From assembly GCA_022605425.2 (NCBI GenBank), contig CM061247.1, positions 1,550,001 through 1,614,000 on the forward strand: a stretch of DNA of 64,000 nucleotides, read 5' to 3'. The translations under genes were made by a program, and so were the position numbers. This stretch comes from Hamiltosporidium tvaerminnensis FI-OER-3-3 (taxonomy: Eukaryota; Fungi; Microsporidia). Positions 25,990 through 40,141 of the stretch are shown one piece after another (positions within the stretch are counted from its first letter, which is position 1; each line of letters begins with the position of its first letter). Under the pieces are notes generated by a model. It was given only the letters and a program-made list of their open reading frames with translations. It was not told where the DNA came from and searched no databases.

Positions 25990-27170
25990 AAAGTAAATTT
26001 CTGATATCTACACCACTAGACAGCAAGGCATGACTTATTATCAGCATTAAAAAGCCGTTAAAGGTATTGATTGTAGCCTTATCTTTTTTAAAAAATATAT
26101 TTTAATGTAAATATTTGGTCATTAGTAAACATTATTAGTTCAAAGCCAGCTTTATACCCATCCGGAGTACTTTATATTGCGTTTCAAGGTATTTGACAAC
26201 TAACTTTGACCGTATTTTATTGGTAATATTTAGGTTACATATCTCTTTGTAATTTGAGTAAATTAATCTTGAACCTTTTTGTGCAATGGCAGAATATGAA
26301 CCTTTTTTTAATCTTCTAGTATTCTTGCAGGTTTCCAAACCTTTAAGACTAAGGAATAAATTTTTTTACAATGCGTTTTCTTTCCATACTTTAATCTCAG
26401 AGTATAGGACGACTTTACCATATGCTTCCTCTTTTTTCTGGGAATAAATAGCGAATTGGGTTTCAAACACTTGGGTTTAGGGTAGTTTATTCTCTTCGAG
26501 GGTTTTATTCTAATATTTGAAGAAACACGATTTTTTCTTATTTTGGTTAGTTCAGTTTAAATAGTTTTTTTAAATAAAAAGCTCATATATTCAAGACTTC
26601 TTTCAAATATGATCTAATTCTTCCTTTACTACTAGTATGGCGACGCTTTTGGACTGTGCCTTCTATAAACGTCTTTAAAATCCGCATAAATTGCTTTCGT
26701 TTGTCTATTTATGACCACAGGTTCTATCGCACGTATCTTTTCATTCTGGAAATATCATATTCTTGTTCTACTTACATATAATATTTTTTTCTTACCTATG
26801 GTAAAGGTAATATTCTTTTTCTGCATTGATCTCTCTTTCAAATTATATCCTGCCTTGATTCTTGCTTGAATTGCTATGTTTATATTCTTCATCAGTCCAA
26901 TATTGTCTTCTTTGGTGTACTGCAAAGCCGATTAATGAATCAGCCACTTTTGATGTCTCTGCCATGTCTCAACGCTTTTGCTCCGGTGTAAGTATCCTCA
27001 AACAATTTATACCATCTTAGATACTTTCTTATTAGCTGTTTAAATCTAGATCTTTGGATTTTTTACATCAAGTTTCTCCGCTCAAAGACTTTTTTACCCT
27101 GGACTTAGATATTTTTTGGCGAAATTTCATGATTACAAGGTAGTTATATATTCCAGCATCTGTTTCTCTA
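25990..27170 (-). mobile_element. Possible highly eroded reverse-transcriptase relic (CRE-like?)
   Basis: KKGSYSAIAQKGSRLI resembles the KxxGGxRPIAxxExxxRL motif, followed by a weak D..NAFN-like stretch. By-eye similarity only. Confidence 0.25.
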
Positions 27171-28029
27171 TATGTTATTACATAATTTACACTTTTTGCG
27201 TGTCATACATCTACATCATGATCTATTACATTTCAGTATAATTATCATGCGGTTATCACTTTTCTTATTCTTACGTGTATTAAAAGCATATTTATAAAAA
27301 AATATTGGTTTTGCTCATTGGAAAGTAAATTATACAAATTGATTTTTATTTGTGTCTCTATACAAGCCTCGTTTCCAATTTGTGGCACGTAGGCTCTTTC
27401 TCAGCTCACTTTCATATTCATTTCATCGAATACAATTTTTATGTCAGTTTCGGAGCTTTAGCATATGATCTTTCTAGCAAGCTATAGAAGTTTCTTCGTT
27501 ATAGCATTTGCTTTTTCAGTAGAAGTATAGGCACATAATATTATCAAATTACAAATTTTCCTTTTAATCGTATTTTGCAGATTCTTTAACTTATCTTTTA
27601 AACTCTGCATGTTCTGAATTAAATTGTTGATACAGCAAATACAGTTCGTAGAGTATAGAAAGGGCTGTTTCAATGTTATAAAAGATTGTGGTGTCTTCTG
27701 TTAAGAGTATATCTGTTGTTTTCCACAGAATCCCATGTGAGGCGGCAAAGTTCATTTTATTTTTCTCAGGTTCTGATGTTAAAATATTAAAAGCCCCTGG
27801 TTTATCAAATGTATGATATTCTACGTTTCCGTCTTTAGTTTTTTTTGAATATTTAAACGTCATTTTTTTATAAACTTCTTGCTTGTTTATCATATTATCG
27901 TAAATGTTTCATAATATGATAGTAATTTCGGGTGATGGGGTTGTTAGCAAGATGCTTTGTCTTTCTCTTTTCTCATCCGAGCGATGGATCGATCATTATG
28001 GTGTTGTAAGTTTTAAGCACAACCAATTT

Positions 28030-29600
28030 AAATATATTTTAACTCTTCTATGCTAGTATTCTAGTATAAATTTTATTTCCCAACATTTTTTCTGTCTCAA
28101 TTTCAGTTAACTTTGCAAGTAAATGCTTGATCCTGGTTACTAGATTTCATTCATAATTAATTGTACTTCAAATTTATACATAAAATACTTTAAAAGTAAA
28201 TTCACCAATATTACTTTTGCATTTAAACTTTATCTATCATCATACCATTTATATATCTGAAAAATAAATAAAAATTTTCGTAAGTTCTTTTTTTTAATAA
28301 AATAGACTTCTTTACAATATGTTAGGATGCAAAGTTATTTAAATTCCAAAATAAGATAAAAAATGTGTCTCCCAATAATTAAAAACTTGGCTTGCTATAT
28401 TAGCAATATAAATGAAATATACCTAATAAATGAAGTTTTTAAATATCCAAGATATATTTCTTTATTTTTCTTTTCCTTTCCCATCAGTTTTAGTAAAAGA
28501 ATAAAAATCAATTCCATTTTTCAATTATAATTGTATTTAACTCGATTCTTTGCAGAAATATATTTAAGAAAATTTTTTAAACTTTAACTTATCTTACTAT
28601 TTTATGATCAAGCTTATTTAAATTTAATCAGAACTTGTATGTAATATATTATATGTGAATATTTGAGATTAAATTTCTTACTGTATTGTCATATGTTGTT
28701 ATAATCGTATACGAATCTTTAACAATTCACTTTTATAATGTAAGTAAATTTATATTTTTGTTGTTCTATTAGTTTATTCTGCATAAAAATAAATTTTCGT
28801 ATTTTCAAAGATTTCATCTTATTACAGAATCTTGAATGTGATATCTAAATCATTAAATTTAATATTTTGAAAGATATTTATTAACTATGATTTTTTTTAA
28901 ATATTTATTATTTTTCTTTTCGAAATATTTGTAGAAAGAAAGATTTTTTTAAATTTGTTTCTTTTGCTGTAGATTTAGAATCCAATAGTTACGATATCTT
29001 TAGGTCAGAAATTAATTTTAAAAAAGCAATTTTAATTATGTAAAAATTGAGGCTTTTTAGATAAATTGAGCAATATGAGATTTTTTAAAGTCCTAATACA
29101 TAGTCAAATAAAATCTTTGATCTATTTCTAATAAACTGTTCTAAAAGACTAGTTTGTTATAGATTTATTTTCATAAAGTTCTCATGCGTTTTAACAATTT
29201 AATAAATAATATATTAAAATTGCTTTTCTTGAACACATTATTATATTAAATACATTTAGAAGATCACATTTATTAAAGATTATAACAGATTTTATTCAAA
29301 AATCATGTTTTTAAAAGGAAAAACACTGTCTAATATAGCAAATTCAAATGATTATGATATTTTTTTTGGCTATTATAACTTTAAATGTTAGTTTATTTTA
29401 GATGTTAGAATTTTATGAAAAGATTCCAACGCCAATAAACTTTCTTATTAAATAATTAATTCAAATAAGACTTAGTAAATTATATTTCTTATATTTTATT
29501 GAATTTAGCTTTCAAAATAATTCGTAAAAGTATAAAATTTTTATTTATAAACTTATAATTGAAACATTTGAAATAATTATAATTTTATAAATTTACGAAC
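28030..29600 (-). pseudogene. Possible decayed paralogue of the LRR-like family
   Basis: Codon-like composition and short LxxLxL-type translations resembling 13755-16142, broken by stops; boundaries uncertain. Confidence 0.3.
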
Positions 29601-29861
29601 CAAACGATTTAAAAAAACCGTGATGGATTGTAATAAAAAGTATTAATTTTGATCCTAACCCACAAACAATATTTAGTAAATTGACAATTGTAGAATTTGT
29701 ATATCTTGTATAATTTAGGTAACATAAAACAGTCAGAGTTTTTATTTTTCCAAATTAAGCAAATTAAAAGTAAAAAAATAGTATAAATTGTAAAACGAGA
29801 ATAATTATAAGGATTAAAATAAATTTTTACCACGGATTTTTTAATTAATAGCGTCTGTGGT

Positions 29862-30845
29862 TTACTTCGGCATTTTCTGAATCACAGCATCCATGTACTT
29901 CTCAATATGAGGTTTAAGACCGTTCGTTACATATTCCATTAAATATTCTTGATGTGCATACATTTTGCTTGCCTCATAATCCCAAAACAAGGATTTAATT
30001 CCTCTATCCTTTACTGCTGTTGATAAATCAAATTCAAAAATATAAAATAATATTCCTATCTGTTGAAATATATCGGTTAAAATTTCTATAAAGTCAAAAC
30101 CAATTCCGAAATTTCGAAATATAATGTTCAATACTCTAATGTCAGAAATTTCTGATTTCTCAAAACAATACATTAATTTTAGAATTTTAGAATTGATAGT
30201 AGAATTCCGAGTAAGAAAATCTTTTTCGAATAAATATTCTAAATTGTTTTTATAATTTAAAAAACCATCATAACATATTTTTTTATTAGTTACATTAGTT
30301 ATATATCTTTTAGTTTGATTTTTTGTGTATTTTAAATATTCCTTAACTTTATCTATTTTACTAAAAATTGCATATTTTACTGCAAAATCTTGCAAAAAAG
30401 GATTTTCCGATTTTTTCGTTAAAGAATAAATCGAAATCTCGGTTTTTTTAATTATAATTTCTAATACCGTATTTTTTAATCGATATACCAATTTATCCAC
30501 GATATTCCAATAGCACTTATTTGGTAACACCGGCTTAAATTTATAGAACCCTAGACTGCCATCCCATTCAAGATTCATCAGCTCAACAAAATATTTTTCA
30601 ACGTGTGGTGGATATCTCTTAATTACATTATTTAATATAGTTTCCAAAATCGAACCATTATCGGTATAACCTCCACCACTCATTATAAACCAAGTTATAT
30701 TGTATGATATCATATTAATAAAATAGGAATTGACTAGTAACGGGCTGTTGAGATCAATAGGCGTGATTTTATCTTCAAAATTCGAATTTACTGTTTCATT
30801 TGATAGTAAAATATAATTCCAAAAAAAAACCGTAAAAAGAATCAT
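29862..30845 (-). CDS. Hypothetical secreted protein, 327 aa
   Basis: Intact ORF with signal-peptide-like N-terminus MILFTVFFWNYILLS; CC-containing context (TCCTAACC) before the ATG. Confidence 0.8.
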   Translation of the reverse strand: MILFTVFFWNYILLSNETVNSNFEDKITPIDLNSPLLVNSYFINMISYNITWFIMSGGGYTDNGSILETILNNVIKRYPPHVEKYFVELMNLEWDGSLGFYKFKPVLPNKCYWNIVDKLVYRLKNTVLEIIIKKTEISIYSLTKKSENPFLQDFAVKYAIFSKIDKVKEYLKYTKNQTKRYITNVTNKKICYDGFLNYKNNLEYLFEKDFLTRNSTINSKILKLMYCFEKSEISDIRVLNIIFRNFGIGFDFIEILTDIFQQIGILFYIFEFDLSTAVKDRGIKSLFWDYEASKMYAHQEYLMEYVTNGLKPHIEKYMDAVIQKMPK

Positions 30846-31651
30846 GGTTAGGAATTAGAAAATATTTTTAAAATTATATGTCTTTAAAAAATATAATTAA
30901 AAAATTCAAATATATGTGTTAAAAAAAATTTAAAATCCAAAATTTCTGAAAGAGTATTTAATTGTAAAAAAATTATTTTTCACGTTAAATCAAGGTGATA
31001 TGATATATATTATTTATTTATGACTAAATGTTTAAAAAAAATATATTTTTGTGGTTTTAAAACAATGATAATTGTATTATCATACTTGATATTCACATTG
31101 ATATATTTCAATGCATCAATCACATTTTTTCTTTATACAAAGTATAAATATTTTTTAAGGTAAATGAAAATAAACGATTTTTACTTTTTTTTGTTAAATA
31201 TTTGTAACCTGATTTGCGTAAACTTTTAAATTTTTTTTACTCTTACAGGTTCAAATAAAAATATTTGAGTTAAGCATGAATAATTATCTGATTTGTTTTT
31301 TTTATCAAATTATAGTATCACTATATAAATTAATTTTTGATGGTTTATTTGTTTGAAATTAACATTCGTCTATTATTTTGTATCATAGATAATCTTTATT
31401 TAATATGACTAAGCTATGGTTTCGATAAGAATTAGATTTGATATCCAGTGTATATTTTTTATCTTTCTCTAAAAAGATTTTTGCCTCCGATTGTCCCTAT
31501 AGATTTAAAAATAGTATATAGAGAACCCCGAAACAATATATTAACGAATTTATAGTGAGCTTATATCGTTTACGGATCACTTTCATAAAAAGCAAAAAAT
31601 ATATACTTTATTAAATTTTAATTTTCCTACATTCAATATATCTAGCCAGTT

Positions 31652-31890
31652 GGCTTATGATTTCCCCACTATGCCAGGAGCAGAAATAGCCTGAAATATT
31701 CTCTGCTTGTCGTAAGAGGTTACTTAAAGAGATTTGTCTTCCTGGTAGAAAGTTGGGCGTAGGCTAACAACCCTTCTTTAAAAGCACCTTGTTACGAAAC
31801 CAGAAAAGTAAATAAACCCCCTGGAAAGAGACCGGTGGGCAAAATTAGTGAGGAAGGCCAAAGTTTGTGCAGAGCTGTAATGCCGAATAT
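31652..31890 (+). mobile_element. RTE-derived non-autonomous SINE-like element, copy 1
   Basis: TTCTCTGCTTGTCGTAAGAGG and GTTGGGCGTAGGCTAACAACCC (RTE-type 5' UTR motifs), GGAAAGAGACCGGTGGGC (GKRPVG) and GAGGAAGGCCAA..GCTGTAATGCC (RTE-type 3' end); collinear with 60458-60705. Confidence 0.75.
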
Positions 31891-32984
31891 AAATAAAAAA
31901 TACATTCCTCACCTGAAAATATAAAAAAATTAATTTTTAAAATGAACTGTCAAATTATAACATTTGAAGAGAAAATATTTTTTAAATTTTAACCAAATTT
32001 AAAAAAAATATTTCTGAAAATTCAAGAATATCACAATTACTTAATCAAATGTTCAAACATATATTGAAAGTATAAAAATCTTTTATTATGCTTTTAATTA
32101 CAAATTTTTAATTTCTGAAAAAAATCATGGAATGCGTGCACAAGATATATTAAATTAACTTAATACTTTTATCGATATAAATACCATTGTACCGTGATTT
32201 ATTACAGATTACAAGGAAATTCAATAACTTTTCTTTTAAAATGTGAATTAGATATTTAAAAGTTTTTTTATAAATTCTGCATTTGTCGTTTTGAAGCTTC
32301 TTTTCTTTAATTACTACAAAATCATAACAGAAATTCCCGATATTAATACCTTTTTAATTTTCAAATATTTTAAATGTGGAAATAATGTTAAATCTAATTA
32401 TATTCTGTTCATTTCAAAACCCTCTGCACTCAAAAACAGATTTTTTTGATTTTTTTGAGTCAAACTATTATAATTTTCAAAGTAAAATAAACTTCTTCTA
32501 TGGTGTTAATTGGCTATAATAGATATTTAAATATTTATTTTAATAGAACAATCAAATTAAGATTCATGATTTCTTCTTCAGAAAAGCCAATATAAAAATC
32601 TTATAATGTTGACACAAAAACCTTATTAAATTGTTATTCTAAAATAATTCAAAAAAAGAAAACGTTTGATAATCAATTCACACGGTGTTGCTTTAAAGTT
32701 GTTTTTTTTTAGTATTGTTATATGATTGGTAAAAAAAAAGGTATTTAATAAAACTCTAGTACTAGATATTCTCCTTTTGAATTACTTTATTCTATGCTTT
32801 TCAGCACTTCTTAGGATTAATAAAAAAATGTATAATTTATGAGATTTTTCAACGAAAAAAGGGCTTGGATTTATTTTATAGGTAAGACAAAATTTGTATT
32901 CCAATATTACATTTTAGAAAAAATTTCCACCATTGTTGCTTGTGTTGTGTAGGGATCAATTGACCCGAAAGCGTAATAAGAAAA

Positions 32985-34740
32985 CACAAAGGTGAAAATC
33001 CAACATGATGGCCAACTCACTTTACCAATCATATCTTGTTTATTGATATTCTTAAACTTGTTAAGATAGGCAAAAATTGGAAGAGATAACGAAGGTGGTG
33101 AAAAGGTTTATGGATCAGATAGAATTGGCCTTAAACAAAGAGAAGTCAGATATAAATGATCAATGTTTCGAAGATACTTCCGCTCTTCTTGAGGAAATTG
33201 ATGTTTATAAATACCTTGGAATAATAGACGATACAGAGGAATCTCAAGACGTAAGTCATTTGAAGAACTACAACGCAAAGTGATAGCATGTGTAAGAAGA
33301 CTTTTTCGCACGATATTGAATCAATAACTTTATTTATATCAATAAATCAATATGAAGAATCTTTATTAAACTATCATATAGGTGTATTCGACAGGAACCG
33401 GCTGACTCCTAAGTTAGATGATTCGATGCGCGGAGTGCTTGTAAAAAAGAGGTAAAACATCGAACGGGATGTATAAAGTGTTTGTACCTTCCTGTGAAAT
33501 AACTTGGAAGGGGTTTACATAGAATTTAGGTCAAAGGCTAACATATGCTTTTGCAATTTTTTTAGTACCCCGAAAAATTAACGAAGCATCCACCAAAAGA
33601 CCAGCAATCATAAAGGTTGGGAACAATAAAAATTCTACCTTGCATAAACTAAAAAAAATCTTCAAAGTAAAATATGGTACGAAGAAGAACTCACAAGAAA
33701 AATTTAGAGGAAGCTCAACTTGCAAAATTATACAACAAAATTGAAAAACAAAAAATTCATTCAAAGTTATGCTAATGCAAAAAAAATGAGCTTTTAACTG
33801 TTAGTGTCTCTTTTAGAGAGCTAAAGAAAGCCAATATTAAGCCACATGAGGAAAATGTGTTCTGCTATATCCAGATAGAACTGTATTATGAGAGCAGAAT
33901 ATATGTGCTTTCTCTACCACTAGTTTGGTAAAACACCGACACATTTAGCAACTAGATGCAATAATACACTGATCATGACTAGACCAAATGGCATAATTAA
34001 GCGATTTAATGCCTGACCTTCTTCTTCTAAATTAATATAAATTTAGGTCCCAAAAACGCATTAGAAGCCATTTAGTTCAAGAAATTCTTAAAAATGAGTA
34101 TGCAGAGATCAAACTGAAAAACTAATAAAACTCAATACGAAAATTCAGAAATAAAGACCCGATATATGTATTTTGTGAGCGCAAAAAAAATTTTCACTTA
34201 TTGAAGTAAGAATAAATTCCCAAGATTCACCCCAAATAATTGAAAAAGAGAATCAAATAAATTTTATACCTCTAGCCAATGATTTAGGCCTCATTTATAA
34301 GTTTGGTGTTGATATAATTCTCTATGTGATTACCTGAGACGGTATTGTGACAAAATACCATAAGTAACCTTAAAGACTGAAATAACCACAAGTTAGATGT
34401 ATTGACACAACCCATAGAACTCAAGAATACAGTTGAAACATTTTTTTTGATCGGCGAAGAGAGCTTAAATCAGGACCAAATACTAAGAGAGCGTCATTAA
34501 GTATTATTTTATGAGCTTAGAGGTATAAACAATCGGCACTTTCTTTAAAGTAAGTAGACAACGAGAAAGTTGGTGTTAAAACATAAAATAAGAAAGATAA
34601 TATACTCTTATTTTGGATGGTGTAACCACAGTAAAGGAACCGAAAACAAATTAAACGAAAGTCGGATCTAGAAAAAGAAATGATGGTGGTCAAAAATGAA
34701 AAAGAGAATAGATAAAATTGTGAAAACATTTTAACCTAAC
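32985..34740 (+). mobile_element. Degenerate 5'-truncated R4-like element (end of RT to 3' end)
   Basis: NHILFIDIL, YKYLGII, GAACCGGCTGACT and GACGGTATTGTGACAAAATACCATAAG match intact copies; many stops and frameshifts. Confidence 0.9.
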
Positions 34741-34759
34741 CAAGTATAACGATAATAAA

Positions 34760-35456
34760 AACTTTACACTTAGCACTGAATAGATGAAGCTGAAGTATGA
34801 AATCATTGTTCGAAATTTAGTAGGAAAAAAACACTGAATTTTAGGTCGTTACGTAGGACACGATATGAGGAGCGGAGGGGAAGAAATGAAGAAACTTTTT
34901 CTACAAATTTATTTGGAGTTTTTTTATGTAGCTAGATCGCTGATCGCAGCTGAACACGTAATTCATTTTCATGCAAAAGCATTGAAACCTATCCTTGCTC
35001 ACTCGGGTTAGAAACTTAGCGCCTGGATGATATTTAATATATAACCATTAATTGCCAGGAGAGCTAAGTAGCAGGTTATGGTTGTTATGAAACGGCACTT
35101 TCTAGGTGACCCTAGTAAATCTCTAGGATATATATTAGTTGGAAGTTTATTGGGATCTGTAAGTGTGTAGTAAGTGGAAAGCTCCATAGTCTTGGGGAGT
35201 TAAGGATAGGTTTTACCTTTCGATCATAATCCATGCAGAAAACATTAACCAGCTTCGGACACCTGCCTCGTCTATTAAAAGGGTTATACACATCATTTAG
35301 GCGAAGCGAAATCTTGGGATTGGTATTGTAAGGGGTACCGATAGGGTGTTGGGTGTAGCAGTTATTTATTTAAAACCTAGATTTGCGTTTAAATTATTAA
35401 AACAAATGTAACACTTGCCACTGTTTAAAAAGTATGTAATGCTTTTAAATAAAATC
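34760..35456 (+). mobile_element. Structured-module element, copy B, with upstream degenerate coding-like segment
   Basis: 35015-35450 aligns with copy A. The upstream 250 bp aligns with copies C/D and includes ATGAAGCTGAAGTAT (KxKY, reminiscent of the RLE KxxKY motif). Confidence 0.8.
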
Positions 35457-35589
35457 ATTTCTATATTATATGAAACATTTTATACATAAATTAAAAAAAT
35501 TTTAATGTATAGTACATTGTTTTGAACTTGAAAAAAAAACTTACGACTGTAAAATACTTTAAATTTAATCTAATATCTTTGTGTTCAAG

Positions 35590-37250
35590 CAAATCTTAAA
35601 TCAGAAATACCATTAAAGTCATAAGAACCCAAAAAAGTGTTGAGCTTAATCATAGGTGTATTAGAAAATAATTTTAATAATTAATAATCCAATATGTTAT
35701 TGTAACATAATATTTTGGATTATATACAGAAACTGCAAGTAAGAAAGTAAATCGGATCATTCAATAGTATTTAAAAAACAAGATGAAATCGTTTATTTCA
35801 ATCAAAAAAGAAAAATTAATTGTGTTTGTTACCGATTACAGTAGAATAGAATATATACTTGAAAAAAAAAAGAGTTGAAAGACTCAATTACACAGTATTT
35901 TTATAAAGCACGACAAAAAAGTGAAAGAAAATTGTGAGATAATATCTTAAAAATAATATAACCCTAAATTCATAAAAAATGAATGTTACAGCCGTATTGA
36001 TTCAATATTCATAGAGACATCGATTAAAAAGGCAAAAAAATTACTGGAAAAATGAAAAGCAACTTTGTATTAGATACCGTTTGATTTAGTTGTATTTAAG
36101 GTTTAAAAGCAAAATAATCTAGACAAAAGATAATCTTTAATTTTTTTATTAAAACTTTCTAATACACTTCATTTTTAAATAAATATTTATTCATTAGATT
36201 TTTTTGTACGTATTTTATCAAAGTGTAAATAGTTAAATCTGACGAATTAAATGTAGCATCACCTATTTTCAAAGGTTCGAAATTTAATGAACAAGATGAT
36301 GACTTCGTGCTTCTTGTGTATAAATTTAATTCTAATACGTTACTTTATAATCTTTTTCATTGATAATTTTAAATAAAATGAATTTAAGGTTTGGTTTTTT
36401 TATATCCTCTTTTAGTTCTTGAGAAATTAAGTTGGTTAGTTTATAAATGTTTTTAATAGGATGCTTTCCTTCAAACCGAAAACCGATATTAGTTCAAAAA
36501 TTCATATTGCATATTACACTTGGAAATTTTGCGCGATCTAAAAAAATCCAATAATTCGCTCTATAACTTCATAATTTTTGATGATTTTATTTAGATCATT
36601 TTGATAAAAAGTATTAACTACCTCTTCAAAATTCATAGTTTATTTTTATGTTTACTTATAGAAAAACCGCATATATTTTCTTTATTACCGAAAGAAGGGA
36701 ATTTCGGAGCATTACATTCACTTCTCGATTTTTTAAATTTTTCGGTTTTAGAGACTCTTTTAAAATCTTTGTCAAATTTTTCTATCATTTTTGTAGCCTT
36801 GTAATATAGAACACCTAAGAAAATAAAAATCAACATAATCAGAATGCTAACGATTTTGCTGTAACTCGAAATCTTTTTGTTTTATAAAACGGCATGGTAT
36901 AGTAACTTTTCACATATTTATAAAAAAAGCTCTGGTTTGAGTCCAAATCCAACCAATAAGTCTGAGAATAAAAAGTTTTCTTTGACAGTCGTCATTTTAT
37001 TCTTTCTTGTAAGTATTAAATTAAAGCTTATATTTTGATAATAGACTTGTAATGGTAAATATCTCTGATATTTATATTTTTTTGACAGTTTATTTTTAAT
37101 GTGAAAAAATGAATTAAGTCTTTTCTTTGTGATCTACAAAATTTGAACTATTCAAGACCAATTATATCATAACCTTGTATCTATCACATTTTACTTATAT
37201 AAAAGAGACAATATTTCTCAAAAATATCAGAAATGATCGTATATTAAATA
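35590..37250 (-). repeat. About 1.6-kb dispersed repeat with fragmented ORF (copy 1)
   Basis: Inverted paralogue of 56500-58110; ORF YKATKMIEKFDKDFKRV..SRSECNAPK..ICGFSI matches YSKATKIIKEFERDFQKV..SRTECVAPK..VCGFSI; flanks share ACAAAGAAAAGACTT and GTCGTGCTTTA. Confidence 0.8.
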
Positions 37251-37499
37251 TTCTGTGATAAGATAGAGTCCCTTTGAATTTTTAATATTCACACCATAAG
37301 TTCATTCACAATACGAAAAAATATTTCAAGTAAATACTTGAAATACGCATAATATAATTCTAAAGTAGAATGTTCCAGACGTCTTCTATCAAGCATAAAA
37401 TAGATGAAATGACAATAAATTTTCGATAAATATCCATGAAACTGAAAAAAGTATAAAAACATAAATTATTTCTGAAATACATACATTTTTAAAATAAAA

Positions 37500-38540
37500 A
37501 ATCTGGCGACATTAGTTGTTAATTAAGACAATAGGAGGCACAAGCAATCAACAATTCTTTAAAAAAAGTGAAGAACGAGAAAGACGATGTTAAACAAGTA
37601 TATACAATAAATGACTGGACCTCTGTATTTTGGAAAGCAAAAACAAAGTAAAGGCATTAAAAATAAATATAAATGAGATTCGGGTCGGTAGAAGATTTTG
37701 AAGTACTTAAAATGGTGGAAGAATGTATTTAAATGAAAAGAGAAATGAAAAACTTTGATCCAAATAAATAAGTTGTTCAAAAAATTATTTGATCCATGAA
37801 AATCTGGACTAGTTTATATGAAAGCACCTGTATATTAAAAAAATAAATTCTTTTTTTAAAAAGTGTAGAATAAAGTAATAAGTAACAACTACTTATAAAT
37901 TTGCCAAGTATTAAAAATCTAAGCTAAATTGATCTGTAAATTCACATAAAAATGCGAAAAAGGTTCTCATTCAACAAAAAGTTACATTTTAATTGAATAT
38001 TTAAGATAGTTGCTGCAAGAGTAAAAGCACTTGTAGCTGTAACAAAATATGTAATTTTGTTCCATTGCCAAAAGTTTTGAGATTTACAATCTTAAATAAG
38101 TAAAAAGTCCTACGGATGTAAGCGAATTCTACTTTTTAGAAGAATTTGAAGTTTGTGATTATTTAGGAATAATAAAAGATAACTGGGAAACGAAATATGT
38201 TCGTTTTGGGCAGTAAAAATGGAAGCTTCTATTTAGATTTAGAACAACCTTTTTTCATCAAATAAAATTAAAGAATTATGTTCGTACAATAATGAATATA
38301 TGTTATTGTCAATTAACTGCAAATTGAAGGTATTCTGACTCGATCAGCTTTTTTCTTTGTATTGATGATGCCATTCATATGTTTGAATAAAATATGATAT
38401 ATTTCCTGGGTAATATGTAACGAGGATTTTCATCTGTTATATTTGGATTGAGCTGAGACTATCATAGGGAAAATTTCGGATTTAAACATGTTTTTTAAAT
38501 TTTTGAATTGCCTAAGAAGAAATAAAGTAATATCAACCAG
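37500..38540 (+). mobile_element. Highly eroded RT-region relic of an R4-like element
   Basis: GATTATTTAGGAATAATAAAAGAT (YLGII), ATTGATGATGCCATT and TCAACCAGAAAAGCAGAAATTTTGAAG (STRRAAILK-like), in family order. Confidence 0.5.
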
Positions 38541-40141
38541 AAAAGCAGAAATTTTGAAGAGATATAGCAATATTCTTAATCCCATATAAAGAAATGATGC
38601 TTGGATGAAAAAAACAGTATATAACGCAAGAACTACTGTATATATTTAGGTTACTCGCTCTTCTCTGTTCTAATGTTAAGCTATCGATGTTATTTTCTGT
38701 CTGCATATTTTCGGTGCATATTTTTTATAGTTTTCAAATGAATTCCCTTTATAAGGTTAATTTTATCTATAAATTTCTACGCCGACAGTGAAGAAACTCA
38801 TTGTTTAGAAATGAAAGGTTTTATATAGGTTAAATATATTGTTAGAAAAATTAAAAAGTAAATAAAAAAACAATTTAAATTTAAAAAAGTGGTTTTATAC
38901 ACCTGGGTATAGACGAATAGAAAACAAAAGCGCTTGGTCGTGAAAGGTGTAATTCGATATTAAATAACGCCAGGGTGCTTGATGAAGTGTAATGCTATTG
39001 ACTAAGTAAGTAAATTTATAAAACGAAATATAAATTTAAAAACTGCTACTAAAATTATATAAACCTAAAAATATAAAGCTCTGGATACTATTCCCTCTTG
39101 AAGATCTATTGAGGAAAAATATATCAGTCACGTCAATAAGCTTGATTATACTGTATTTACAATTAAAATGAAATCTTCTTTGAAAAAGAAAGTGGCCGTA
39201 TTGTATAAATTGTCAAAACTTAATAAAGTATTTTACAACGAGATTTGAAAATACAAGAAGGAAACCTTAATATGCGACAAGATGAAGAAATCAGATATAT
39301 GCATGCTACTATCTTATAAATAAAAACATACAAATTTAATTCTATAATGCGAATCAAGAGGCGCTCTGTTCAATGATTTTTTTAAAAAAAATAGCTGAAA
39401 TATGAATGAATATCGAATAATAAAAGATGTCGAAATTTAGAAGATATAGTTTGACAGGTTATTTTTGCAATTAAAGCAATATGTTGTAAGACTCATTTAA
39501 ATTGCCATATTTTCATACAATTCACTTCAAATTGGTAATCTTACAAACTAAGATTTGCCAGTAAATATAATAAATCTTATTTATAAATGTAGAGCTAAAA
39601 TATTTCTTATTTTATAAAGTAGATTATATTGTAGCCAAATAACATAAAATGTAAGTATAAAGGCTTTCTATGCGGTTAGAATTTAGGAATAATACAATCA
39701 CTACTATTCAAAACAATATATAATTTATTTTTTCAATCAACAAAGAAAAATATAGTTATCAATAAATATCGAGGAAATTGATAATAAAGGTAGAATCTCA
39801 TACAAGTAGTAAATATTGGATCAAAAATATAGATCCTCACCTTATCTTTAGGCCAACAGAGTAAAAGAATGTTAAAAGAATAAATTTATTTAGCATTGCG
39901 TTCTACTTGAGAATAAAATTGCAAAAACGATATTTTGACATAAATCGAAATTATTTCTAATGAATAAGATCTGTGTTATTAAACTGAAGTAATGTAAATA
40001 AAATTATTAAACGTTAAAAACCCGAAATTAAATCCTTTTTTTTCTTAATTATTGCCAATTTTAAGTAAATTTTTTTACAAAAATATAAATTAAAAACCTT
40101 TTTCTTGTAAATTAATCATTTTAGAATCCAAAAAATTAAAA

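Noticed and set aside
27360-27893. Possible FLYWCH/MULE-like transposase fragment (also 130-430, Merlin-like)
   Set aside because: Key Cys/His and DDE residues not identifiable.
38890-38955. piggyBac-like TIR remnants (also near 32950)
   Set aside because: No matching TIR pair with TTAA TSD found.
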